DNA of 64,000 nt, taken from contig CALRIA010000003.1 of assembly GCA_943359595.1 (NCBI GenBank), positions 3,179 to 67,178 on the forward strand. The letters run 5' to 3'. Every line of letters starts with the position of its first letter. Within the stretch, counting starts at the first letter, position 1. The DNA is from Candidatus Magasanikiibacteriota bacterium. Lineage in GTDB: Bacteria > Patescibacteriota > Patescibacteriia > Magasanikbacterales > GWA2-37-8. The notes under the pieces are model-generated. The model had not been told where the DNA came from. It ran no database searches and saw only the letters and a program-made list of their open reading frames with translations. The position numbers were made by a program, and so were the translations under genes. Below are positions 49,566-60,423 of this stretch, piece after piece.

Positions 49566-50045
49566 CTAATAATGATACTGTCGTCCGCCCTCTATCATCA
49601 TCGCTCTATAAATTTGTTCAAATAAGAACACTCTGATCATCTGATGAGTAAACGTAAAAGAAGAAAAAGATAATTTTAAGTTGGCTATTTTTAAAATTGA
49701 TTCGTCAAGCCCTAGTGGGCCACCGATAACAAAAACAAAGTCACCGTTACCACGGACAGCCACTTCAAATAAATATTTAGAAAATGCTATAGAAGAAAAT
49801 TGTTTACCATGTTCATCTAAAACAATGACAAAAGCATCTTTTATTTTATCTAATGCCTTTTTTATTTTTTCCGCTTCTTTTAATTTAATAATTTCAGTTG
49901 GAATTTTTTCATCAAAAGATTCTTCTTTTAGCTCAATTATTTCTACTTTGGCAAATACTTGCAAACGCTTGAGATATTCTTTTTCCGCTTCTCTCCAAAA
50001 ATTTTCTTTTAATTTCCCCAAACAAATTAATTTCAAACGCAACAT
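49566..50045 (-). CDS. rlmH: 23S rRNA (pseudouridine1915-N3)-methyltransferase
   Basis: FVIGGPLG, TFTHQMIR..L.EQIYRA, terminal YH. Confidence 0.95.
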   Translation of the reverse strand: MLRLKLICLGKLKENFWREAEKEYLKRLQVFAKVEIIELKEESFDEKIPTEIIKLKEAEKIKKALDKIKDAFVIVLDEHGKQFSSIAFSKYLFEVAVRGNGDFVFVIGGPLGLDESILKIANLKLSFSSFTFTHQMIRVFLFEQIYRAMMIEGGRQYHY

Positions 50046-50052
50046 AGTGTTT

Positions 50053-51060
50053 TTATTTTTTGATCAAATTATTTATAAAAATTTTGCCAGATTTTTCCCA
50101 TGAAAATTGTAGAGCTTTTTCATGACATTTTTCAGGAGATAAATTTAGACAAGCCAGCGCAGCTATTTTTAGATCATCATCGATAAAACCATCTACTCCG
50201 GAAGTTACTATGTCTCTTGGTCCCATCACATTGTGAGCAGCAACTGGAATACCACAGGACAAAGCCTCAAGCATTACTAAACCAAATGTTTCAGTGCAAG
50301 AGGGAAAAACAAACACATCACAAATAGACAATAAATTTATAAGCTCTTCTCCTTTTTTATACCCAACAAACACCGCTCTACCAGCGTATTCTTTTTCTAA
50401 TTCCTGACGCTGTGGGCCATCACCAATGACCAGTTTAGTTCCAGGCAAATCGCAGTCTAAAAATTCTTTAATATTTTTTTCAACAGCTACTCGTCCACAA
50501 AAAACAAACACTGGCGATGGATAGCTAAGCTCTTTTTTTTGATTTATATTGCGTTTAAAAAATTCTGTATCTACTCCCAAAGGGCACACTACAATATTTT
50601 TAAAACCACGTGACTCCAAATCTTGTTTTAAACTTTGGGTACTTACCATTAAAGCATCTGAAGTGCTATGAAACCAACGCAAATAAGCATACGTACTATT
50701 AAAAAGGAAAGATGCCCTAACCTTTAAATACAATGGGAAATTAGTATGATAGGCAGTAGAAAATTTGATCTTTTTTTGTACACAGACCATTCTAGCCGCT
50801 AAACCCAAAGTGCCTTCAGTAGCAATATGAATAAAGTCTGGATTTTCTTGAGCAATAATTTTTTTAATTTTTTTCTGAGCAAAAACCGACAACCTTACCT
50901 CCGGATAAAAAAACAATGGAACGCTATGAAACATGCCAGGATGTATCAAAACTACTTTAAAATCATTTTTTTTAAGTATCTCAATAGTTTTTTCTAATGA
51001 ACGTACCACTCCATTTATAATTGGAAGCCAACTATCCGTAAAAATAATAATTTTTTTCAT
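50053..51060 (-). CDS. Glycosyltransferase family 4
   Basis: TDSWLP.INGVVR, HIATEG.LG, GRVAVEKN, ETFGLVMLEA. Confidence 0.92.
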   Translation of the reverse strand: MKKIIIFTDSWLPIINGVVRSLEKTIEILKKNDFKVVLIHPGMFHSVPLFFYPEVRLSVFAQKKIKKIIAQENPDFIHIATEGTLGLAARMVCVQKKIKFSTAYHTNFPLYLKVRASFLFNSTYAYLRWFHSTSDALMVSTQSLKQDLESRGFKNIVVCPLGVDTEFFKRNINQKKELSYPSPVFVFCGRVAVEKNIKEFLDCDLPGTKLVIGDGPQRQELEKEYAGRAVFVGYKKGEELINLLSICDVFVFPSCTETFGLVMLEALSCGIPVAAHNVMGPRDIVTSGVDGFIDDDLKIAALACLNLSPEKCHEKALQFSWEKSGKIFINNLIKK

Positions 51061-51084
51061 ACACGTTTATTGTGTATTACACTT

Positions 51085-52242
51085 TTAAAAAGACAACAAT
51101 TTTTCAAATCTATCTTCCAAAATTGCAGCGCGAGCTTCTCTCATCAATTCCAACATAAAATGGATATTATGAATCGTGGCCAAACGCAAGGCAGAGACTT
51201 CTTGAGCCAAGAATAAATGATGGAGATAAGCACGTGAATAATTTTTACAAGTCAAACAGATACAGCCAATACTAATCGATGAAAAATCTTTGGCAAAAGC
51301 AGAATTTTTAATATTTATTCGACGTTTTGGATCTTGTGAAGAAGAAACAAATACCATACCATGACGCGCCAAACGTGTCGGCGCTACACAGTCAAACATA
51401 TCCGCGCCACCAGCAACTACCTTTAACAAGTCAGTTGGATCTAAACCAACACCCATAGTATAGCGTGGTTTGTTTTTTGGCATTAATGGGATCACCCAGC
51501 GTAAAATATCTTCGGTAGCTTCCATATTATAACCAATACTCTCTCCACCAATAGCGACACCATCAAAATCTAAACTGGAGATATATTTGGCTGATTCTTT
51601 GCGCAGTTCTTCATGATTAGCCCCCTGAATAATACCAAACAAAAACTGTTTATAACCATGATAGGCAGTATTTTTCTGATGCTCTATTAAACAGCGCTGC
51701 GCCCAACGATGAGTGCGTTCCATCGCTTCTTTTGTATATTTAAAATCCGCACTATCGGAAGTACATTCATCAAAGGCCATAATAATATCGGCTCCAATCT
51801 TATGCTGACACTCTATTGCAGATTCTGGAGTAAAACGATGAGTTGAACCATCAATATGAGATTGAAAAGTTACCCCATCTTCATCTATTTTCACTAATTT
51901 CCCCTGATCGCCTGTCTGCCTTTGTTCTTTTTGTAAACCCAAACTAAAGACTTGAAAACCACCAGAATCGGTTAAAATTGCCCTATCCCAATTCATAAAT
52001 TTATGCAAACCACCAGCTTGAGCAACCAAATCTTCGCCTGGACGCAGATGTAAATGATAGTTATTAGCCAAAATAATTTTTGAATCCAAAGTCAACAGAT
52101 CAGTTTGATCCAAAGTTTTTACTGTTGCCTGCGTGCCAACTGGCATAAATACTGGCGTGGGAATATCTCCATGCTCAGTATGCATTATACCGGCACGTGC
52201 ACCAGTTTTTTTATCTTCATGAATTAGCTCAAAAAATGACAT
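51085..52242 (-). CDS. tgt: tRNA-guanine transglycosylase
   Basis: TPVFMPVGT, LTDSGGFQVFSL, DMFDCV.PTR, CxCxxC...H Zn site. Confidence 0.96.
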   Translation of the reverse strand: MSFFELIHEDKKTGARAGIMHTEHGDIPTPVFMPVGTQATVKTLDQTDLLTLDSKIILANNYHLHLRPGEDLVAQAGGLHKFMNWDRAILTDSGGFQVFSLGLQKEQRQTGDQGKLVKIDEDGVTFQSHIDGSTHRFTPESAIECQHKIGADIIMAFDECTSDSADFKYTKEAMERTHRWAQRCLIEHQKNTAYHGYKQFLFGIIQGANHEELRKESAKYISSLDFDGVAIGGESIGYNMEATEDILRWVIPLMPKNKPRYTMGVGLDPTDLLKVVAGGADMFDCVAPTRLARHGMVFVSSSQDPKRRINIKNSAFAKDFSSISIGCICLTCKNYSRAYLHHLFLAQEVSALRLATIHNIHFMLELMREARAAILEDRFEKLLSF

Positions 52243-52384
52243 ATTTATTTTATTTAAGCTAATTCTATGCTATTTTGCTCAAAAAATCAAGCCAAACAAA
52301 ATTTTTATAAAAAACCTCCTAAAACAGCACGACCGTTCGGGAAAATCCACGAACGGTCTAGCGGTTGTTGCGAATCGTGGTCGC

Positions 52385-52699
52385 CTATGAAGGCAAAACA
52401 CGATCACGGTTGTTGATTGGAGTGAAAATAAAGTTGGTGTAATCACGCCACTCGATTACAACCAAAGTGTTACTTTGGTACTTGATTTTAAGTTCAGATT
52501 TGCGCAATGAATGACCACCGCTCATTCGCCTCTTCTTTTGTACCCGAAACGGTCCTGCTTTTGAAATCATAACGAAATCCAGGTGTGTTGAACTCACTTC
52601 GATGAGCACCTCATCAAAAGCCTTAACCATACCGGCTTCTTCTCGAATATATGCCCGAAAACGCATTCCAACACATTGACCAAGCACTTTTCCAATCAT
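52385..52699 (-). CDS. GC-rich hypothetical protein (ORFan)
   Basis: SD AGGAG before ATG 52699; promoter TTGACA-17-TATATT near 52756-52784; hairpin GACCGTTCG/CGAACGGTC downstream. Confidence 0.5.
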   Translation of the reverse strand: MIGKVLGQCVGMRFRAYIREEAGMVKAFDEVLIEVSSTHLDFVMISKAGPFRVQKKRRMSGGHSLRKSELKIKYQSNTLVVIEWRDYTNFIFTPINNRDRVLPS

Positions 52700-52828
52700 T
52701 GTCACTCCTGTTATAATCCCCAAATTTCGGCGCAACCACTGACGCCGAATGCAAAAATATACTATAAAAAACTATTTTTGTCAATGTTTTGATTAATAAC
52801 TATTTACATGCTAAAATGACAATTCCAT

Positions 52829-54853
52829 ATGATAAATTTTGAGCAAGATTTAAATAAAGAACAATTAGCTGTTGTCCAAAGTGGAGATGGCCCTTGCTTA
52901 GTATTGGCCGGAGCTGGTTCTGGGAAAACTCGTACGATAACATACCGTGTTGCTTATCTGTTGGAAAAAGGCGTGCCACCAGAACAAATTTTACTAGTTA
53001 CTTTTACCAACCGTGCCGCCCATGAAATGATCGAACGTGTCCAAACACTCACAAATACTGATCTACCATTGCCGTGGTCAGGAACCTTTCACCATATCGC
53101 CAATAAAATGCTTAGACAGTATGCAACTTATCTAGGATATAAAAATAATTTTACAGTTTTAGACGCCGATGATAGTCAGGCCTTAATAAAAATATGTATT
53201 AAAGAATTTAAAACTACAGACCGATTTCCTTCCGCCAAAGTTGTAGGTTCAATTATTAGTTTTGCTCGTAATTCTCAAACAAATATTGAAGAAACAATCG
53301 AAGAAAAATTTTCTGCCTGGTGGCATCTTTCTAAAACTATCGGCGATGTATCTTCTCGCTATGAACAAAAGAAAAAAGAATCAAATGTAATGGATTTTGA
53401 TGATCTGCTTATCAACTTAGCATTATTATTAAATATTCCCGGTATTCAAGAAAAATTTTCTGGCCAGTTTAAATATATTTTGGTAGATGAATATCAAGAT
53501 ACTAATAAATTACAGGCTAATATTATTGATAAATTAGCCAAAATTCATCGTAATATCTTGGTAGTTGGTGACGACGCTCAGAGCATATATTCTTTCCGTG
53601 CGGCAGATGTTAAAAATATTTTAAACTTTGAAGAAAAATATCCAGAGGCCAAAACTTTTCGTCTTGAAACTAACTATCGCTCTCATCAACAAATATTATC
53701 TTTGGCTAATGATGTTATTTCCAACAATCGTTATCAATATCCCAAACAATTAAAAGCAATAAAAGAAAAAGGGGTAAAACCAAATTTATATCCTAAAAAT
53801 GATCAATCGGATGAAGCAGAATTTGTAGTAAAAAAGATTAATGAACTATTAGAACAAGGAACTGCCCCTCACCATATTGCCGTACTTTTTCGTGCCGCCA
53901 GCCATTCCCAACTATTAGAAATGGAACTAGCCAAAGTTGGTATTCTTTACGATTACCGTGGCGGTCTACGTTTTTTTGATCGTGCTCATATCAAAGATGT
54001 ACTGAGTTATTTACGTATATTAAATAATTTATCAGATACTGCCGCTTGGTTGCGGGTTTTATTACGCGAAGAAGGTATTGGCCCAGCTGCTGCTAATAAA
54101 ATTATTGAAGCAGTCCAAAAACTAGAAAAAATCGAAAACTTAAAAAATATCGCTCAAGGATTGAGTAATAAAATTCAAACAGGCTTCAATAATTTCCTAG
54201 AAATTTTTGAAACTCTATTGGCAGCCTACATTCCAGAAAATAATCCGGGAGATTTAATTGAATCAATCATTAATTCTCGTTATAACGATTACCTAACTAC
54301 TGAATATTTAGATAGTGAAGAACGAAAAAAAGATTTAGAGCAAATGGCAATTTTTGCCAACAAACATAAAAATCTTTCCGACTTCTTGGCTGAAGCCAGC
54401 TTACAAGAATCATTTGTTAAACCAACTGCCATTAATAAAAATTCAACTGACCTACAAAAACGATTGGTTTTGTCTACCATTCATCAAGCTAAGGGTTTAG
54501 AATGGGAAGCGGTTTTTATTATTAACATCGCCAACGATGCTTTTCCCAATAGTCGCGCTGTATCTGAGCCAAATGGGCTAGAAGAAGAACGTCGTTTGCT
54601 TTATGTAGCTATCACTCGAGCAAAAAAACACCTCACTCTCACTTATCCAATGTCCACACAGAGGTGGGGGGCAGTCGCTGGCCCAAGTATATTTTTATCC
54701 GAAATAAACCAAGAATTAATTGAGGATCACTCTATCCTATCCTACAAAAGTACAGTATTTAATAATAATGACGATGATATCCAATATATACCGGAAGACC
54801 AACCATTTAAAATAAAACCAGGTAGTTTTCTACGCGATCTCGATGATTTATAA
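52829..54853 (+). CDS. UvrD/PcrA/Rep family ATP-dependent DNA helicase
   Basis: LAGAGSGKT, LVDEYQDTN, VGDDAQSIYSFR, NYRS, STIHQAKGLEW, EERRLLYVAITRA. Confidence 0.95.
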   Translation: MINFEQDLNKEQLAVVQSGDGPCLVLAGAGSGKTRTITYRVAYLLEKGVPPEQILLVTFTNRAAHEMIERVQTLTNTDLPLPWSGTFHHIANKMLRQYATYLGYKNNFTVLDADDSQALIKICIKEFKTTDRFPSAKVVGSIISFARNSQTNIEETIEEKFSAWWHLSKTIGDVSSRYEQKKKESNVMDFDDLLINLALLLNIPGIQEKFSGQFKYILVDEYQDTNKLQANIIDKLAKIHRNILVVGDDAQSIYSFRAADVKNILNFEEKYPEAKTFRLETNYRSHQQILSLANDVISNNRYQYPKQLKAIKEKGVKPNLYPKNDQSDEAEFVVKKINELLEQGTAPHHIAVLFRAASHSQLLEMELAKVGILYDYRGGLRFFDRAHIKDVLSYLRILNNLSDTAAWLRVLLREEGIGPAAANKIIEAVQKLEKIENLKNIAQGLSNKIQTGFNNFLEIFETLLAAYIPENNPGDLIESIINSRYNDYLTTEYLDSEERKKDLEQMAIFANKHKNLSDFLAEASLQESFVKPTAINKNSTDLQKRLVLSTIHQAKGLEWEAVFIINIANDAFPNSRAVSEPNGLEEERRLLYVAITRAKKHLTLTYPMSTQRWGAVAGPSIFLSEINQELIEDHSILSYKSTVFNNNDDDIQYIPEDQPFKIKPGSFLRDLDDL

Positions 54854-54932
54854 AACTCACCTTAAAAAGTGAGTTTTAATTTTATCACTTTGTTTGAAAG
54901 TTAAATTTATGGTATAATTCAATAAATAATTT

Positions 54933-55319
54933 ATGACAATTACTTCTGATAAAAAATTAAAAAGAATTTTGATAGTCGAGGATGAAAAGCCTATGGCTCA
55001 TGCTCTAGAATTAAAATTAAACCATTCTGGTTTTGAAACAACCGTTGCTTCTGACGGTGAAATGGCTTTAGAAAATTTAAAAAAACAAAAATTTGATTTA
55101 GTATTACTAGATTTAATGATACCAAAATTAGATGGATTTGGAGTAATGAAAGCCATGAAAGACAACAAGGATAAGACGCCAGTTATTATCGCCTCAAATC
55201 TAGGACAGGAAGACGACGCACAAAAAGCAAAATCAATGGGGGCAACCTGGTATTTTGTAAAATCTGACACTCCAATAAATAAAATCGTGGATTATATCGT
55301 AGGTACTTTAATGTCTTAA
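54933..55319 (+). CDS. Single-domain response regulator (CheY-like)
   Basis: ILIVEDE, LLDLMIPKLDG, SN, YFVK. Confidence 0.9.
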   Translation: MTITSDKKLKRILIVEDEKPMAHALELKLNHSGFETTVASDGEMALENLKKQKFDLVLLDLMIPKLDGFGVMKAMKDNKDKTPVIIASNLGQEDDAQKAKSMGATWYFVKSDTPINKIVDYIVGTLMS

Positions 55320-55326
55320 AATAAGT

Positions 55327-56979
55327 ATGCAAATTGACGATAAAAAAATCAAACAGGTATTGTTGGATGGCAATTATGTTACTGCCGATGATATCACCAA
55401 AGCTGAAACCGCTATTAAAACTACTCAGGGTACAGTAGTAGACTGGCTTTTGTCATCTGAAATTATTAATAAAGATTTGTTAGGACAGGCTATAGCTGAA
55501 GCAGACAAAGTTAGCTACTCTGATTTAAATACCTATAAACCTAGCCAAGAACAAGTCCGTCTATTACCAGAAGATCTAGCCAAACAATTTCATGCTGTGA
55601 TATTTCGCCAAGAAGGTGACGAAATAATAGTGGCTACTGATGACCCAACTCAAGTTGAATTAACCAAAAAATTAAAAACTCTTTTTAAAGACAAAAAAAT
55701 AGTAACTACCTTTTCTTTTATCGAAGATATCGAAGAATCTTTTATTCATTATCTAAAAACTTTAGAGACACGTTTCAATGAAATTATAAAACAACAAAAA
55801 CGCATCGCCCCAGAGCTAATTGAACAAATTATTGATGATGCTGTCGCTTATCGAGCTTCTGATGTCCATTTAGAACCGCAAGAAAAAGAAGTAATAGTCC
55901 GCTTCCGTATCGATGGTGTAATGCAAGAAGCTGGACGTATCCCAAAAGATTATTATGGCAATATTTTAAACCGTATCAAAGTTCAGGCTCAACTACCAAT
56001 TGACGAACATTTTTCTGCTCAAGATGGGGCCGCCAGACAGGTGAGAGAAAAATATACTGTAGACATGCGTATTTCCATTCTACCAACTCTTAATGGAGAA
56101 AAAGTTGTAATTCGTCTTTTGTCTCAATACGTTCGCAGTTTTTCTTTTAGTGATTTAGGTCTATCTCAACACGATCAAGAATTACTTTTAAAAACAATCA
56201 ACAAACCATTTGGAATGATTTTAGTTACCGGCCCAACTGGTTCTGGGAAAACAACTTCACTTTACGCCTTATTAAAATTATTAAATAGTCCGGATGTTAA
56301 CATTACTACTATTGAAGATCCGGTCGAATATAAAATGGCTGGTGTTAATCAAATTCAAGTTAATCCACAGACCAACCTCACCTTCGCCAAAGGCTTGCGC
56401 TCTATTGTTCGTCAAGATCCAGATATTATATTAGTTGGTGAAATTCGTGATCAAGAAACAGCTGAAACAGCAGTGAACGCTGCACTTACTGGACATTTAT
56501 TACTTTCCACTTTTCATGCCAACGATGCGGCTACAGCGATACCGCGTCTTTTGGATATGGATATTGAACCATTTTTGCTATCATCTACTTTAGTAGTTCT
56601 CATCGCCCAACGTCTCGTACGAAAAATTTGCGATCAATGTCGTTATAGCGTCTCATTGAGCAAAGAGGAGATAAAAAAAACCATTTCACAAGATGTACAA
56701 AAATATTTCTCTGGAAAACATATTGTTTTATATAAAGGTAAAGGCTGTGCTGGCTGTGGCAACACTGGTTTTCGTGGTCGTACTGCCATTTATGAATTTA
56801 TCGAGGTCACTCCTGAAATTCAAGAATTAATTTTACAAAACCCTTCAACTGCTCAAATTTGGAAAATTGCCAGAAAACAAGGGTCGGTTACTTTGTTTGA
56901 AGATGGAATCGAAAAAGTAAAAAGTGGTACCACTTCTTTAGAAGAATTATTAAGAATGGCGGAACCTCCAAAATTTTAA
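55327..56979 (+). CDS. pilB: Second PilB/GspE-family assembly ATPase
   Basis: ASDVHLEP, GPTGSGKTT, RQDPDIILVGEIRD, two CxxC pairs. Confidence 0.92.
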   Translation: MQIDDKKIKQVLLDGNYVTADDITKAETAIKTTQGTVVDWLLSSEIINKDLLGQAIAEADKVSYSDLNTYKPSQEQVRLLPEDLAKQFHAVIFRQEGDEIIVATDDPTQVELTKKLKTLFKDKKIVTTFSFIEDIEESFIHYLKTLETRFNEIIKQQKRIAPELIEQIIDDAVAYRASDVHLEPQEKEVIVRFRIDGVMQEAGRIPKDYYGNILNRIKVQAQLPIDEHFSAQDGAARQVREKYTVDMRISILPTLNGEKVVIRLLSQYVRSFSFSDLGLSQHDQELLLKTINKPFGMILVTGPTGSGKTTSLYALLKLLNSPDVNITTIEDPVEYKMAGVNQIQVNPQTNLTFAKGLRSIVRQDPDIILVGEIRDQETAETAVNAALTGHLLLSTFHANDAATAIPRLLDMDIEPFLLSSTLVVLIAQRLVRKICDQCRYSVSLSKEEIKKTISQDVQKYFSGKHIVLYKGKGCAGCGNTGFRGRTAIYEFIEVTPEIQELILQNPSTAQIWKIARKQGSVTLFEDGIEKVKSGTTSLEELLRMAEPPKF

Positions 56980-56988
56980 TTTTATCCC

Positions 56989-58515
56989 ATGAAACCGGAT
57001 AAAACAATGGACAATAAGATAACCTCTCCAAAAAAGAAATCTAACATTTTATCTTTTACTTTTGGTTTCACTGAAGAGAGCCAATATTTTGTAGAAAATT
57101 TATCAATGCTCTTGGCTTCCGGTATGGATATTATCGAAGCTTTAGAAGCGATTAAAGCCGAAATTAAATCTACTAAACTTATAGATATAATTGATGAATT
57201 GGTAGAAAATATTAATTCTGGTTTTAGTTTATGGCAATCTTTGGAGAAAACCAAATTACTACCACCACATATTATATCTTTAGTAAAAATCGGTGAAGAA
57301 AGTGGGCGATTACATGAAAGTTTGGCAGTTGTGGTAGTTCAACAAAATAAAAGCCAATCATTCAAGTCCAAAATACGGGCAGCCATGATGTACCCGGTAT
57401 TTGTAATGGGGGTAGCCATGACTGTTGGGATTGGCATTGCCTGGTTTATCTTACCTAAACTTTCTACAGTTTTTAGCCAACTAAATCTAAAATTACCTTT
57501 GGTCACTAGATTATTAATGAGTTTTGGCGCATTTTTATCACGCTACGGATCAATTGTAGTACCAACATTTATTATTAGTATTAGTATATTTTTCTATTTT
57601 CTATTTTTTTATCAAAAAACTAAATTTATCGGCCAAGCAATTTTATTTTCTATCCCAGGAATTAAAAACCTCATTCGCGAAGTAGAACTAGCACGTTTTG
57701 GTTATATCATGGGTACACTACTTGAAGCTGGGTTACCAGTGCTCGAAGCTTTGAACTCGTTAAAAGAGTCCGGTACTTTACGTGCCTATGGCAGAATATA
57801 TATACAATTAAAAGAAGGCATTGAAGAAGGAAAATCATTTGAAGAATGTTTTCATTCCAACCGCCACATAAAGAAACTTATCCCAACTACCATTCAGAGC
57901 TTAATTGCCGTCGGAGAACGCTCTGGCAGACTAGGAAAGATATTTTTAAATATTAGCGAGAACTACGAAAATAAAACTGAGCTAACTACCAAAAATTTAA
58001 GCGTAATTTTAGAACCGTTATTATTAGTAATTGTTTGGCTTGGAGTAGTGGCCGTAGCCATGGCGGTGATTTTACCAATTTATAGTTTAGTAGGTGGTTT
58101 AAATCAAAAACCTCAAGCTAGCAACCCACCTACTCCCACCGTAACTATTGTCGCCACACCGGTAATCAAAGTTAATAGTGCAGTCATAACCATTGGCACC
58201 CAAGGGATTGTTAATAATAGTTCAACACCTTCTTCGTTACAGACTTTAACACAAACATCGACCCCACCGGCAATTCCAACACTTACCTCCAGCATACCAA
58301 CAACAGGATTTTTAGAAGTATCACAAAATAAACTTGGCTATTTAAATATTCGTGCCACACCATCATCAAAATCTGAATTAATACGCAAAGCTTCTATCGG
58401 AGAAAAATTTAATTATATAGAAATTCAGGATGGATGGTATAAAATAATTTTATCTGCTGACCAATACGGCTGGGTCAGTTCGCAATATGTTCAAATTATT
58501 TCACCCACACTTTAA
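56989..58515 (+). CDS. pilC: PilC/GspF platform protein fused to a Pro/Thr linker and an SH3b domain
   Basis: GEESGRL, AMMYP, GERSGRL, LEPLLL; C-terminal LNIRATPS....I......GWYKI.....YGWVSSQYV SH3 motif. Confidence 0.88.
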   Translation: MKPDKTMDNKITSPKKKSNILSFTFGFTEESQYFVENLSMLLASGMDIIEALEAIKAEIKSTKLIDIIDELVENINSGFSLWQSLEKTKLLPPHIISLVKIGEESGRLHESLAVVVVQQNKSQSFKSKIRAAMMYPVFVMGVAMTVGIGIAWFILPKLSTVFSQLNLKLPLVTRLLMSFGAFLSRYGSIVVPTFIISISIFFYFLFFYQKTKFIGQAILFSIPGIKNLIREVELARFGYIMGTLLEAGLPVLEALNSLKESGTLRAYGRIYIQLKEGIEEGKSFEECFHSNRHIKKLIPTTIQSLIAVGERSGRLGKIFLNISENYENKTELTTKNLSVILEPLLLVIVWLGVVAVAMAVILPIYSLVGGLNQKPQASNPPTPTVTIVATPVIKVNSAVITIGTQGIVNNSSTPSSLQTLTQTSTPPAIPTLTSSIPTTGFLEVSQNKLGYLNIRATPSSKSELIRKASIGEKFNYIEIQDGWYKIILSADQYGWVSSQYVQIISPTL

Positions 58516-58519
58516 AATT

Positions 58520-58969
58520 ATGGGTAAAATAATTAAAAAAAATGGTTTTACACTTTTGGAACTACTTTTAGTAGTGGCTTTAATGGGTGTATTAGCCATC
58601 GTATCTGCTCCAATGTATCTATCTTTACAGGCAGAAAATGAAATGAGTATTACTTCGGTTACTATTGGTGATATTTTACATCGCGCTCAACTAAAATCGC
58701 AGGCGATTGATAGCGATTCTTCCTGGGGAGTAGAGATAACAAATGGATTGCTAATTATTTTTAAAGGATCGAATTTTATCAATCGCGACCAAACATTTGA
58801 TGAAAATTTTTCTTTAGCCAACACTATTAAATTATCCGGTTTAACAGAGGTTATTTTTGCTCCCTTATCTGGAATACCAAATATTGTCGGCGCAATTAAG
58901 CTACAACATTCAGACGGTCGCCAGTCACAACTAAGTATTAATGGAATGGGAATTATCAATATCCCATGA
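58520..58969 (+). CDS. Minor type IV pilin (FimT/GspH-like)
   Basis: KKNG-FTLLELLLVV prepilin site. Confidence 0.85.
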   Translation: MGKIIKKNGFTLLELLLVVALMGVLAIVSAPMYLSLQAENEMSITSVTIGDILHRAQLKSQAIDSDSSWGVEITNGLLIIFKGSNFINRDQTFDENFSLANTIKLSGLTEVIFAPLSGIPNIVGAIKLQHSDGRQSQLSINGMGIINIP

Positions 58970-58973
58970 TAAT

Positions 58974-59447
58974 ATGATAAGTATTAAAAAGAAAAAACAA
59001 TTTGAACCAAACGGTTTTTCTTTAATAGAAATTGTTTTATCTAGCGGTTTATTAGGATTGTTTGCCTTGGCTTTTTTAGGAGTGCTCGGCTTTAGCCAAG
59101 AAAGTACTTTGCGCGCTGGACAGCGTAATCGGGCCATTTTTTTGGCCGAAGAAGGTGTAGAGGCCACTCAAAGTATTCGAGATGAAAATTTTGCCAATTT
59201 AATCGCTGGTGATCATGGTCTAAAAACTGATACTAAATGGAATTTCACCAATCAGCCGGATATCATAGACGGCTTTACACGCACATTAACAATAGCTGAT
59301 GTCAATTCCCAAACCAAACAAGTTACTTCACAAGTAGCTTGGAAACAATCTGGAGGAAATCAGGTGTCAGTATCATTTTCAACCTTATTTACCGATTGGC
59401 GTACAGCAACTAGCACTGGAACTAGTACGCAATTTTGTGGAGTTTAA
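58974..59447 (+). CDS. Minor type IV pilin (PilV-like)
   Basis: NG-FSLIEIVL; A.FLAEEGVEA..SIRD. Confidence 0.85.
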   Translation: MISIKKKKQFEPNGFSLIEIVLSSGLLGLFALAFLGVLGFSQESTLRAGQRNRAIFLAEEGVEATQSIRDENFANLIAGDHGLKTDTKWNFTNQPDIIDGFTRTLTIADVNSQTKQVTSQVAWKQSGGNQVSVSFSTLFTDWRTATSTGTSTQFCGV

Positions 59448-59448
59448 T

Positions 59449-59955
59449 ATGTATTATTTAAAAAACAACCGAGGTTTTACTTTAATTGAATTATTATTAT
59501 ACACCGTGATAGCTGCCGGGTTACTTTTATCTATCACCGCCATGATCGCGCTACTCAGTCAATCTAGAATAAAAAACCAGACTATCAGTACGGTAGAACA
59601 ACAAGGAACTCAAATATTACAAATCATCAACCAAGAAATTAGAAATTCCTCAATCGTAATTTCACCCGCAAATGGCGTCAGTGGAACCACTTTACAATTA
59701 CAAGATATTAATGGAAAAAATACAACTTTTAATTTATCTAGTAGTACACTAAACGAAACAAAACTTAATCAGACAACACCAATTTCTTCCAATAATATTA
59801 TTGTAAGCAACCTAAAATTTTTAAATTTAACTCCAGACAATATCCACAATTCCATTAAAATAAATTTTACTTTAAATTATAATAATATTGCCAGCCGAAT
59901 CGAATATAATTATAGTCAAACTTTTTATGACACAGCCACGCTACGACAACCTTAA
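59449..59955 (+). CDS. Minor type IV pilin (PilW-like)
   Basis: RG-FTLIELLLY. Confidence 0.85.
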   Translation: MYYLKNNRGFTLIELLLYTVIAAGLLLSITAMIALLSQSRIKNQTISTVEQQGTQILQIINQEIRNSSIVISPANGVSGTTLQLQDINGKNTTFNLSSSTLNETKLNQTTPISSNNIIVSNLKFLNLTPDNIHNSIKINFTLNYNNIASRIEYNYSQTFYDTATLRQP

Positions 59956-60340
59956 TAAAAATGGATTCGCCGTCTTGATCGGCGTCTTGATTGTCGGCGC
60001 TTTTGGCACGGCAGTAGTTTTGTATTTAATATTGTCAGGTATATATTCTTATCAAAATAGTTTTATTTTAGAGCAATCTAATATTGCCAAGACAACGGCC
60101 AATGCTTGCGCTGAAATCGCTTTAAATAAAATCCAGCTATGTTCTTCAACTGTTGGAATAGGAAGTGCTCAAATTGGAAGTTCCACCTGTAACTATGAAA
60201 TTATCAACAATGGCAACCAATCCAGAACTATACAAGTATCTTCACAAATAGGCACAATTACTAGAAAAGCAAAAATATTGGTTGACAAAATCAATCCAAA
60301 AATTACAATTAATTCTTGGCAGGAAGTAGCCTCATTCTAA
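59927..60340 (+). CDS. PilX-like minor pilin
   Basis: NG-FAVLIGVLIV (lacks Glu5, as in PilX); A...ACAEIAL; terminal SWQEV. Confidence 0.75.
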   Translation: MTQPRYDNLNKNGFAVLIGVLIVGAFGTAVVLYLILSGIYSYQNSFILEQSNIAKTTANACAEIALNKIQLCSSTVGIGSAQIGSSTCNYEIINNGNQSRTIQVSSQIGTITRKAKILVDKINPKITINSWQEVASF

Positions 60341-60423
60341 CCGACACCTTAACTCTATAATTAAAAAATGATATAATGATAAGTAGTATCAAAAACTTTA
60401 AAAAATTAATTATTTATATAAAT

